A stretch of 64,000 nucleotides of DNA from an uncultured Bdellovibrionales bacterium. Its GTDB lineage: Bacteria > Patescibacteriota > Minisyncoccia > Moranbacterales > DUUL01. Position numbers and translations under genes: made by a program. The stretch lies in assembly GCA_964421125.1 (NCBI GenBank), contig CAYQVD010000001.1, forward strand, positions 56,680 to 120,679. The letters are read 5' to 3'. Under the pieces are notes generated by a model. It worked only from the letters and a program-made list of their open reading frames with translations. It ran no database searches and had not been told where the DNA came from. This document shows, one piece after another, positions 55,892-64,000 of the stretch. Positions within the stretch are counted from its first letter, which is position 1. Every line of letters starts with the position of its first letter.

Positions 55892-57733
55892 TTAATCACC
55901 AAAAACATCTTTCCAAATGAGTCTTCCTGTCTTTTCACTTTCTTCACTTTCCGGATTATCCTCAAAATTATCATCTTTTTTTTCTTTTGAAAAAATCACT
56001 TGTTCTTTTTCAATTTTTATTTTAATAAACTGATTCACCTTATCTTTCGAAACGTTCATTTTAAAAACCACCAATTGTCCAATTTCTTTCGATGAAACAA
56101 CTTCTGCATAATTCTTTATGTCCTTAGAAACAGAACCCAATCCACCACTAATTGTGTTAATAGCAAAAATTTGATCATAATTCAACAACTCACTAGTTCC
56201 ACTAAGATGATCTGCGTCACCTTTTAAGTTTTTTATTTTTTCTTGATTTATTAGGTAAATCAAGGGTTGCTTGTATTCTGCCTTTGAATAAAATGCTATT
56301 TCATCCCCCTTGTGATTTTCTTTAATATAATCGACTACCCTCTCAAGTTGCCCTAATGTAACTCCATCTTCTTTTTTAAGAATAAAATCTCGATCCGTTG
56401 GAAAACTTTGCTTTTGAGAAATATATTGATCCTTAAACCAAGCAGTTGTTCCATATACATTCATTAAAAGAAAAACAATAAAAATTATTATGGTTAAAAT
56501 TAAACCTACGCTTCTTTCTTTTAATTTTTTCTGAAAAAAACTAAACCAAAAACCTAAAACGATGAAAGGAATTGGGAAAACTACTACAAAATAACGTGGT
56601 CTCAATTGATAAGAAGTCGAAATCGTTATCAAAAAAAACATCCCAATCCAAATTGGCATCAAGAGTAAGAAGTCTCTTTTATTTTTATTTTTTATTTTTT
56701 TTCTTCGCCATAAAGAAAAAACAATCCCACTGGCCATTAAAAATAAACCCAATCCCACTGGGTATGGATCAGATTTTTTACCACTTCTGGTCCAAAAAGA
56801 AGTTGCAATTAAATTATAATTCTTTCCCTGCTCCCTGAAATTTCTCAACACCTTCTCCCCAAAAGTCTTGTCGTCTCTTGGCTTTTCCGAAAAAGCCCCA
56901 ATAAAATTTTTCGTATTACTCCAATTAGTCCTGCTATCGCTTATAATAACTGGAACATAAACTAAACTAAAAATAAATAATGGAACTAATATGTACCCAA
57001 TAGTTTTTTTATTAAAAACATTTTTAATCTTATCTAAAAACTCTCTTATTTTCCAAGGCTCTAAATAAAAGAAAAAATAAACTGCCGTTATTGCAATCAA
57101 GCTAAAAAAAGCAAAAAAATGGTATTGAGTAGCAATTGCAAAAGATAAGGACCAAACAACTAACCAACTAAGTCTTTTTTTATAATCATTGGTTCGCATT
57201 GTCATAAACATCCCCAAGAAAGTCAACAACATTAGGAAAGGAACTGTATTAGGATTCCAAGCAAAACGAGAATATTGAATTATCAAGAAAGAAAAAGTGT
57301 AAAGAGCTGTTATCAATAAAGAGTTTGATCGATTGAAATACAATCTTAAAAATAAAAATAAAAGTGGAATTGTCAAAATGGCGAACAACAAATCAGGGTA
57401 AGAAAAAACTTCTGGTGCAGTCGAATTAAATATTGCTCCGGAAAGATACTGGGAATAATAAAAAGCTGGTCCCAATCGCAGATAATCATCACCAACTTGA
57501 GTTGCCCGAGGCCCTAAAAGAGGAAGATATTCAACTCCTTTTTCAATCGCTTCCGCTGTAACCATAGCATCACGAGCCTGATCCCACTTGAAAAATAGCC
57601 AATCATGATGTTGATAAACTCTTAAAAAAATTCCAAATAAAAAAATAACCAGAAATAAAAAACCTGTTATTTTTTTACTATCGTTGATTTTATCGTAAAT
57701 ATTTTTTAGCATCTTTTTATTTTGAATAAACAA
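55892..57733 (-). CDS. GT-C fold glycosyltransferase, ArnT/PMT-like, paralog 2
   Basis: FKWDQARDAMVTAEAI and RFAWNPNTVPF, same architecture as paralog 1. 613 aa. Confidence 0.65.
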   Translation of the reverse strand: MFIQNKKMLKNIYDKINDSKKITGFLFLVIFLFGIFLRVYQHHDWLFFKWDQARDAMVTAEAIEKGVEYLPLLGPRATQVGDDYLRLGPAFYYSQYLSGAIFNSTAPEVFSYPDLLFAILTIPLLFLFLRLYFNRSNSLLITALYTFSFLIIQYSRFAWNPNTVPFLMLLTFLGMFMTMRTNDYKKRLSWLVVWSLSFAIATQYHFFAFFSLIAITAVYFFFYLEPWKIREFLDKIKNVFNKKTIGYILVPLFIFSLVYVPVIISDSRTNWSNTKNFIGAFSEKPRDDKTFGEKVLRNFREQGKNYNLIATSFWTRSGKKSDPYPVGLGLFLMASGIVFSLWRRKKIKNKNKRDFLLLMPIWIGMFFLITISTSYQLRPRYFVVVFPIPFIVLGFWFSFFQKKLKERSVGLILTIIIFIVFLLMNVYGTTAWFKDQYISQKQSFPTDRDFILKKEDGVTLGQLERVVDYIKENHKGDEIAFYSKAEYKQPLIYLINQEKIKNLKGDADHLSGTSELLNYDQIFAINTISGGLGSVSKDIKNYAEVVSSKEIGQLVVFKMNVSKDKVNQFIKIKIEKEQVIFSKEKKDDNFEDNPESEESEKTGRLIWKDVFGD

Positions 57734-57810
57734 TAACTAAACATATCATTGCTTTATTATCGCAAAAAATAAGATTTTTATCAATGTCTTCTTTTTTCTT
57801 TTATTATTGA

Positions 57811-59397
57811 CTAGAAAGAACCCTTCCAAACAGTTATTAATCCAAATTGTGCCCCTTTTTCTAAATTTATCAAAACCCCTTTCTTAGAAAATTTATCACT
57901 TATTTTATCTAATGAATTGCCATTATGATCGACGATGAATATATCACAATTATCAGCCAATTCCGTTTCTATAGTTTTATTTATACGTTTTGCATTAAAA
58001 TCAGGATAATTTCTATTAAAAATAAACTTGTAAGAAGCAAGATAAGTTGAAGGACTATTGAAGCAAACTTTGTTTCTCCCAGATTCCTTCACCATCCAAT
58101 CAACGGCATTTTCCATTTCTCCATAAACAATAAAGTCATTTTGCATTAAAGATGTACTTGAAATCGTTCTACTAAGCGCAATCTCACTATTTTGATTCTC
58201 CAGTCCTTCATACCAATTAAAAATAGCACTTAGATTTAAAATGATAATAATTCCACAAACAAAAACTGATATTACTCTTCCCGTCTTATTCTTCCAGATA
58301 CTGAAAATTAAAATTGATAAAAGTATATATGGAAGAAAAAAGGCAGAAAACCAAAACCTGGGCTGATTAATCTTGAAAGCAAGACTATAATTTAAAACAA
58401 AAAATACTAAAAACCAAATTAAAATCAAAGAAAGAAAGCTTCTGGGAAGTAAGGGCTTTCCATTGCCATCCTTCTCGTCTCTTTTCCACAAAATAACTCC
58501 CACTACAACTGAAGCTAAAATAATCAAACAACTAAACCATTTTATATTTTCAACCTCTTTGTCATTAACAGAAAGGATAATTAGAGAGTAATATTTTCCA
58601 TACTGTTCTACTGTTTTATGTGCTTTCTCGAAAAATCCTCGCTCTTCTGTTTTCACGCTAAAAGCTTTAGTAAATTCTTTCACATTACTTCCATGCATAT
58701 TTATATCATAAGCAATCAACGGTGAGTACACTGCAATCAAAATTAAAACTGCTCCAATCCAATATTTCCAATTCACCTTCACTGGACGATAAAATGCCCA
58801 AAAAATCAAAGCGACCAGAGGGAATCCTAGCAAAGGAAACGTATGAAGTTGACTAGCGACACCATAACTCAAACTAGCAACAAGCAACCACGTGCCTGCC
58901 TTATTTTTATTTTTTTCAAAAACAACCTTATATATACTCAAAATGAATAAAAGTCCCCAAAAAATTATTGCATTAGGATTCCACGAGAATCTGGCATATT
59001 GTGCCATAAGATAAGAAGAAGCAAGCACGGCAGTGACCAAAAGACTTTGTCCTTTTGAAAAAAAATGTCTAAGAAAATAATAAAAAAGAGGTATTGAAAG
59101 AATAAGAAAAAAGAAATTAGAAAAAGCAAAAACGTCTGGTGAGTCAATACCAAAAATTAATCCTGATGCATACTCAAAATAATAGGAAACTGGCCCTAAA
59201 TGAAAATTAGTTCCACCTGCTTTTGGCCCTAATAGTGGAAGATTTTTAACGCCATCTTCTATCGCCACCACGGAATTTTTTGCATTTCTTGCTTGATCAG
59301 CCTCAAAATAAAGCCAATCATGAAAATTATGTATTCTGATAAAAATTGCAACAACCACAATAGCCAACAACACTAAAAAATGCCAATTTTTTTTCAT
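57811..59397 (-). CDS. GT-C fold glycosyltransferase, ArnT/PMT-like, paralog 3
   Basis: FEADQARNAKNSV and RFSWNPNAIIFWGLLF. 528 aa. Confidence 0.65.
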   Translation of the reverse strand: MKKNWHFLVLLAIVVVAIFIRIHNFHDWLYFEADQARNAKNSVVAIEDGVKNLPLLGPKAGGTNFHLGPVSYYFEYASGLIFGIDSPDVFAFSNFFFLILSIPLFYYFLRHFFSKGQSLLVTAVLASSYLMAQYARFSWNPNAIIFWGLLFILSIYKVVFEKNKNKAGTWLLVASLSYGVASQLHTFPLLGFPLVALIFWAFYRPVKVNWKYWIGAVLILIAVYSPLIAYDINMHGSNVKEFTKAFSVKTEERGFFEKAHKTVEQYGKYYSLIILSVNDKEVENIKWFSCLIILASVVVGVILWKRDEKDGNGKPLLPRSFLSLILIWFLVFFVLNYSLAFKINQPRFWFSAFFLPYILLSILIFSIWKNKTGRVISVFVCGIIIILNLSAIFNWYEGLENQNSEIALSRTISSTSLMQNDFIVYGEMENAVDWMVKESGRNKVCFNSPSTYLASYKFIFNRNYPDFNAKRINKTIETELADNCDIFIVDHNGNSLDKISDKFSKKGVLINLEKGAQFGLITVWKGSF

Positions 59398-59406
59398 ATA
59401 ATTTAA

Positions 59407-61161
59407 TTACTTTTTGTAAGGTGGGGATTGAAGCAATTCTCCCCATGTCTCTGCTCTCATTCTTGTTTCACTCTCTCTTGTTTTAACTCCTTTTTCTTTA
59501 GAATTAATCTTTAATTCGTCCTTTAATTCAAATTCCCAAATCGTTAATGCGTCGATTTTTTTTGAGTTTTTAATTTTAAAATTACCAAAAACATCTTCAT
59601 CGATATCTTTTACTCCCTTTGTAGTTCTTCCAATAATAAAATATAAACAATCCGAATAAGCATCGGCATAACTGAAACGACTAAGTATAATGTTTGGATA
59701 ATTCACATCCCTAATAAACTCAAACCCTAAATTATATTGATAATTTGAATTACGTAAACACACCTTTTTTTCCTGAACTTCAGCTTGCTTAGCAATGTAA
59801 TCAAAAGATTTCTCCATTTGACTAAATGTTATCATCTCTCCATGAGGACCAAGCTTTAAATTACGATTATATTTAAACTCATCTTTTTTATTATCACCTT
59901 TTAATGCATCATGCCAAGAATATGAAGCTTGAAAGTTAAAAAATAGAAGAACAATTGTAACAATCAACATTGTTATAACTCCGATCATTTTAAATTTAAT
60001 TTTTTCTAGTAATGAGAACCAAATTCCTACCATAATAAAAACCAAAGGGGATATGCTTACAAAATATCTCATATTATCCAACTTACCGTAGATCTTAAAA
60101 AATATAACAAAATTACATATCGACCAAAGCAAAATTATAGACAAAAGAATTTTTTGATTTTTAAATAAAACTACAGACTTATTTTTGAAGAATAAAAATG
60201 CAACAAAAATAATTGAACTCATAAAAAAAATCCCTCCAACTCTTTCTACTGAACCGATTTCTCTTTCATGAAAAGAAGTTAAATTAAATCCAAAGAATTC
60301 TCCAAATCGATCATATGTTTTTGAAACTTTTTTCAAGAAAGGTTTATTTTCTTTTTGCTCTCTGGTTATTGCAACTAAAAATCTCTTGGAGTTATCCCCG
60401 TTATTCTTAATTTCACTAGCAATCATGGGTAAACTAAAAACTAACACCAAGAGAGCTGAAGTCAACCAAAATTTCTTTGAAATTTTAGAACAACGAATAA
60501 AAAATAAAAAGTAAATAGTAAAAAGAGTAAATACTACAAATGCAACAAAATGTAACTGAGAAATAATAACCAGACTCAAAACAGTTAAAATTAACCACCA
60601 CCCTCTTTTTTCGTCTCTTAATTTAAGCAATTTAAACAAACTCAAAACTAATAATATCTCCCAAAAAAATAATTGGTTTGGATTCCAATTAAAACTTGAG
60701 TACATTAAATTAAAAAAAGAAAATGCAAAAAGTGCTGTTATTAAGAGGCTATTTTTTCTAGAAAAAAACTGAATACTCAAATAATAAAATAATGGAATAG
60801 ATAAAATGAACATTAATGCGTCCGGTAACGCAATTACCCAAGGTTGAAAGCTTTTAAAAATAAAAGCGAAAAATAATTGAGTATAATAATAAAAAGGACC
60901 AATATGCAAAGTGTCTCCACGAGAATTTACATCTCCCTTAATATAAGCCAAGTCAATTTTAGGTCCTAATAACTTAATAGAGCCAACTCCCCTCTCAAAA
61001 ACTTCCTTAACATGAAAAGCATCCCTTGCTTGATCTGCTCTAAATAAAAGACCAGAAGACAAGCTTAAGAAGTGAATAAAGCTTGCAATTAAAATAATCC
61101 CTATTAAAACATGCCAATGCCAATGTCTTTTAATATGATCAATTAACTTTCCTTTAAACAT
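59407..61161 (-). CDS. GT-C fold glycosyltransferase, ArnT/PMT-like, paralog 4 (more divergent)
   Basis: FRADQARDAFHV and SFNWNPNQLFFWE. 584 aa. Confidence 0.6.
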   Translation of the reverse strand: MFKGKLIDHIKRHWHWHVLIGIILIASFIHFLSLSSGLLFRADQARDAFHVKEVFERGVGSIKLLGPKIDLAYIKGDVNSRGDTLHIGPFYYYTQLFFAFIFKSFQPWVIALPDALMFILSIPLFYYLSIQFFSRKNSLLITALFAFSFFNLMYSSFNWNPNQLFFWEILLVLSLFKLLKLRDEKRGWWLILTVLSLVIISQLHFVAFVVFTLFTIYFLFFIRCSKISKKFWLTSALLVLVFSLPMIASEIKNNGDNSKRFLVAITREQKENKPFLKKVSKTYDRFGEFFGFNLTSFHEREIGSVERVGGIFFMSSIIFVAFLFFKNKSVVLFKNQKILLSIILLWSICNFVIFFKIYGKLDNMRYFVSISPLVFIMVGIWFSLLEKIKFKMIGVITMLIVTIVLLFFNFQASYSWHDALKGDNKKDEFKYNRNLKLGPHGEMITFSQMEKSFDYIAKQAEVQEKKVCLRNSNYQYNLGFEFIRDVNYPNIILSRFSYADAYSDCLYFIIGRTTKGVKDIDEDVFGNFKIKNSKKIDALTIWEFELKDELKINSKEKGVKTRESETRMRAETWGELLQSPPYKK

Positions 61162-61177
61162 AAAAATATTCTATTTT

Positions 61178-62230
61178 TTAATCATCATCCTCAGCTATCT
61201 TTTTCCCATCAAGACAACTCATCTCCTCAGGAACTAATTCAAAAGACTGATACTCAGAGTCACTCTTACTATTCATTTCTGGATTATAATAAGAAACAAC
61301 ATTTACATCATCATTATCAATTAAAATCTCACTAAAAACTCCATCGTCTTTAAACTGATATTCTTTTTTTAGACCCCTGTTTGCCTTCCAAAATCCCTGT
61401 GAAACATAATAATCTACACCATTTTCATTAAGATAACAAAACCTCTCAGTATGACCCGAAAAAACTGCTCTGACTTTATTTTTAGAAAACAAATCTCTTA
61501 ACTCCATGCCTCCAATAAATAATTCATCTTGAGTCTTTTTTTCCTCTATAATTAAAGGCTGATGAACAAAAACTACCTTTTGATACTCTTTTGATTCTAA
61601 TAATAAATTTTCCAACCAAATCATTTGAACTGGGTCAATAAATCCTGGATAAAATTCATTTTCCGGACTAGTATTGAAAGACTCACCTTCTTCAGCAGGC
61701 TTATTATTACCATCTAAAACAATAATTCTATAACCATTCATATCAAAATAATAATAAGGTTTTTCATAGCCGACCAAGTCAAGCCAAGTTTTCTTAATAA
61801 AACCTCTTGTTTCATGATTACCTAAAACATGATATTTAGGAGCTTTTACTTGATTATAAAAATTAAGTGCTTCAACAAAAGTTTCCTGACTACGATCATC
61901 TTTACCATCAATAAAGTCTCCATTTTCAATAACAAAATCTGGATTAAATATATTATTCATCCTATCAACAAAAGCTTCTAATGGTTTTTCGCATCGCCAA
62001 TTAAGTTTCCATTCTCCGGTGTCTTTATTTAGATTTGCATAACAATGAGCATCTGTTATAAAACCAATTTTTAAAAGACTTGTTTGAGTTTGATTATTTT
62101 CTTCTTTAATTAAAATATTCTTGTTTAAATCTTTATTATTTATTTTTAAAAACATAAAAATAAGAACTCCAGCCACTATTAAAATTGTCATTAAAATAAT
62201 ATTTTTATGTATTTTTTTCATTTTTTTCAT
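61178..62230 (-). CDS. Membrane-anchored metallophosphoesterase (calcineurin-like phosphoesterase)
   Basis: N-terminal TM. Motifs GFITDAHC, ENGDFIDGKDD, LGNHE, SGHTE match the metallophosphatase signature blocks. Confidence 0.7.
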   Translation of the reverse strand: MKKMKKIHKNIILMTILIVAGVLIFMFLKINNKDLNKNILIKEENNQTQTSLLKIGFITDAHCYANLNKDTGEWKLNWRCEKPLEAFVDRMNNIFNPDFVIENGDFIDGKDDRSQETFVEALNFYNQVKAPKYHVLGNHETRGFIKKTWLDLVGYEKPYYYFDMNGYRIIVLDGNNKPAEEGESFNTSPENEFYPGFIDPVQMIWLENLLLESKEYQKVVFVHQPLIIEEKKTQDELFIGGMELRDLFSKNKVRAVFSGHTERFCYLNENGVDYYVSQGFWKANRGLKKEYQFKDDGVFSEILIDNDDVNVVSYYNPEMNSKSDSEYQSFELVPEEMSCLDGKKIAEDDD

Positions 62231-63285
62231 TAATCTTGAAAAGGTAATGTTTTGTTATTACAAACTACCGTATCTTGATTTATTTTTATTGACTGATAAT
62301 CATCTTCTTTTCCATCACTAAAAAACATTTCGATTTTGATTTCATCATCTTTATTTATAGTCACTTGATAAAAATTTCCTTTGTCCTTATATTGATCCTC
62401 CTTATTAAGACGAGGATTCTTCTTATGAAAACCTTGAAATGTAAAATATTTAACTCCATCAATATCAATATCACAAAGTTCTTCTATGTGACCTGAAAAA
62501 ACAGCCTTTACTTCATATTTTGAAAAAAGACTTCTTAAAGGCTTTGGATTAATAAAAAGATCGCCACGTATCTCTCCAATTGTTTCATCTAGAGGTGGTT
62601 CGTGAATAAAAACAATCTTTTTAAAATCTTCTGATTCATCCAAAACATTCTCGAGCCATCTCATTTGTTCATCATCCATTAGGCCTTTATAAGAATGAGG
62701 CTCCATTTCAGGTTCCATGTCAACTATTTTCTGAGAATCATCAACATCCTCATAAGTATTATTACCATCTAAAACTATAAATCTGTAATCTTTAAAATCG
62801 AAATAATAATACGTTCTCTTGTTTTCAGTAATCTCCATCCATCTTTCCTTGGTAAAATTATTCGTTTCATGATTACCTAAAACATGAAATTTGCGAACTT
62901 TAATTTTATCATAAATATTTTTAGCCTCTAAAAACCCATCTTCTTTTAATTTGTCTCTTCCATCAACCAAATCTCCTCCCTCAATCACAAAATCAGGATT
63001 AAATTCATTATTCATTTGATTAACAAAAGTCTCCAATGGTCGAGAACATCTCCAATTAACCTCCCAATCATCTAAATCTTTATTGAACTTTGAATAGCAA
63101 TGAGCATCTGTTATAAAACCAAAACGCACAGATTCATCTTGTCTAATGTTTTTAAAATAAACAAATAATCCATAACTAACAAGAAAAACTATTCCAATAA
63201 AAATCAAAAGACCAACAATCCTTTTAAGATTTTTGTTTCGAGTCTGGTTTTTATCTATCTGAGTGTCGCCTTTTTTAATTTCCAC
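62230..63285 (-). CDS. Membrane-anchored metallophosphoesterase, tandem paralog
   Basis: GFITDAHC, EGGDLVDGRD, LGNHE, SGHIE. About 40% identical to the downstream copy. Confidence 0.7.
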   Translation of the reverse strand: MEIKKGDTQIDKNQTRNKNLKRIVGLLIFIGIVFLVSYGLFVYFKNIRQDESVRFGFITDAHCYSKFNKDLDDWEVNWRCSRPLETFVNQMNNEFNPDFVIEGGDLVDGRDKLKEDGFLEAKNIYDKIKVRKFHVLGNHETNNFTKERWMEITENKRTYYYFDFKDYRFIVLDGNNTYEDVDDSQKIVDMEPEMEPHSYKGLMDDEQMRWLENVLDESEDFKKIVFIHEPPLDETIGEIRGDLFINPKPLRSLFSKYEVKAVFSGHIEELCDIDIDGVKYFTFQGFHKKNPRLNKEDQYKDKGNFYQVTINKDDEIKIEMFFSDGKEDDYQSIKINQDTVVCNNKTLPFQD

Positions 63286-63288
63286 TTC

Positions 63289-63993
63289 CTATTTCTTATT
63301 ATTTATATCGCTATTTCTCCATCTCCAAATCTCTAACTGCTTATTAGCATAACTACTATCAACTTCTTCAAATTTCTCTTCTATATAATCCAATGCATCT
63401 CCATCTATATAAAAACTTCTAGAAAAAATCAGCCAGACATCCTTATATTCTTTTTGCGCATCCAACACCATGTTTAATGTAAGTTCATAACCCTCTTTTT
63501 CATTATAATTAATTAAATCGACATAAAAGCCATTAAAATAATAATCCTTAGAAGGAATATTTCGAATAATCAAAACACTCTTGTAATCACGATGATTTAA
63601 AAAATATTGAGAAACTTCACGATAGTTAGAGTAATTCCAACTTTTCACATTACCATAAAAACTGTCCTTTGAATAAAAAAATGAAAAGTTAAAAATGAGA
63701 ATTAAAAACAAAGCTATTAATCCCCAAAAATGCTTACGGGAACTATCAAAAACTTTGTCAGCAATAATCTTTGCAACATAAAAAATACCACTGGAAATAA
63801 TAATGATTTTAAATGGTTGAGTGAAAACAATATACTGATTACCTGGCTCCCTCCTCCAAATCATAATTGCTAAAAATAAAACAACTATATATGAAACTAC
63901 TATCCAAACCCCCGCCTTAAAATGATTTTTAATTAAATAATAAGAACCTATCAAAAAGAATACTATTGCTAAAAGCATATTGCTATAATCCAA
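63289..63993 (-). CDS. Hypothetical membrane protein (start uncertain or near the window edge)
   Basis: 234-aa ORF with 4-5 TM helices. The first codon in the track corresponds to TTG, so the true start may lie outside the window. Confidence 0.35.
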   Translation of the reverse strand: MDYSNMLLAIVFFLIGSYYLIKNHFKAGVWIVVSYIVVLFLAIMIWRREPGNQYIVFTQPFKIIIISSGIFYVAKIIADKVFDSSRKHFWGLIALFLILIFNFSFFYSKDSFYGNVKSWNYSNYREVSQYFLNHRDYKSVLIIRNIPSKDYYFNGFYVDLINYNEKEGYELTLNMVLDAQKEYKDVWLIFSRSFYIDGDALDYIEEKFEEVDSSYANKQLEIWRWRNSDINNKK

Positions 63994-64000
63994 TGTAACT

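Noticed and set aside
1-64000. Alternative genetic code (UGA=Gly, as in Gracilibacteria/SR1) given the CPR-like content
   Set aside because: Large conserved proteins (UvrA 952 aa, PNPase 703 aa, IleRS 1131 aa, the 1545-aa ORF) are intact under the standard code. No sign of UGA-interrupted reading frames.

Overview
This is a 64 kb window of AT-rich bacterial DNA, roughly 30% GC overall and about 40% in conserved genes. It is read with the standard genetic code: long intact UvrA, PNPase, IleRS and a 1545-aa ORF argue against UGA recoding. The gene content suggests a Candidate Phyla Radiation / Patescibacteria-type genome, although this cannot be proven from the sequence alone. The indicators are tandem TrbC/VirB2-like pilin genes, many small membrane proteins, multiple GT-C (ArnT/PMT-like) glycosyltransferases and a minimal set of housekeeping genes.

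In coordinate order the window contains:
- the 3' end of an S51 peptidase-like gene;
- an ABC solute-binding lipoprotein;
- a nine-gene array of pilin-like genes, two of which carry Cys-rich N-terminal modules;
- a nucleotidyltransferase-like gene, uvrA, a Lys/Ala-rich histone H1-like gene and recO;
- tRNA-Glu and tRNA-Leu, an RluA-family pseudouridine synthase, rplS and a third tRNA-Leu;
- a CaCA antiporter, trpS, a giant BcrAD/BadFG-type 'activase'-like protein, lgt, tsaD and miaA;
- a minus-strand tRNA cluster (Thr, Tyr, a degenerate remnant, Thr);
- a PSP1(RicT)–tsf–rpsB operon and pnp with a structured leader;
- a TrmB-like regulator with two tandem paralogous membrane proteins that share an identical 318-bp 3' segment;
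- a signalling island with two paralogous histidine kinases, a membrane PAS sensor, two small paralogous proteins and a tandem-REC response regulator;
- ileS, a DksA/TraR-like gene and lspA;
- a surface-glycosylation locus (four GT-C paralogs plus a GT2–GtrA fusion) and two tandem metallophosphoesterases.

The main hunt results are:
- **IleRS with an embedded Nudix domain.** A perfect Nudix box sits between the catalytic core and the editing domain.
- **T-box-like leader upstream of ileS.** It has a near-consensus T-box 14-mer, an F-box, and an AUC-A specifier candidate.
- **Conserved intergenic element in at least three copies.** It sits immediately upstream of trpS, tsaD and miaA, with a degenerate fourth copy. 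Each copy is closed by a perfect 19–20 bp terminal inverted repeat whose outer sequence differs between copies in a compensatory way, suggesting a conserved long-range helix.
- **Predicted noncoding transcript upstream of the kinase island.** It is driven by a near-consensus promoter and has a GC-rich structured 3' part.
- **Pilin array with 'decorated' pilins.**
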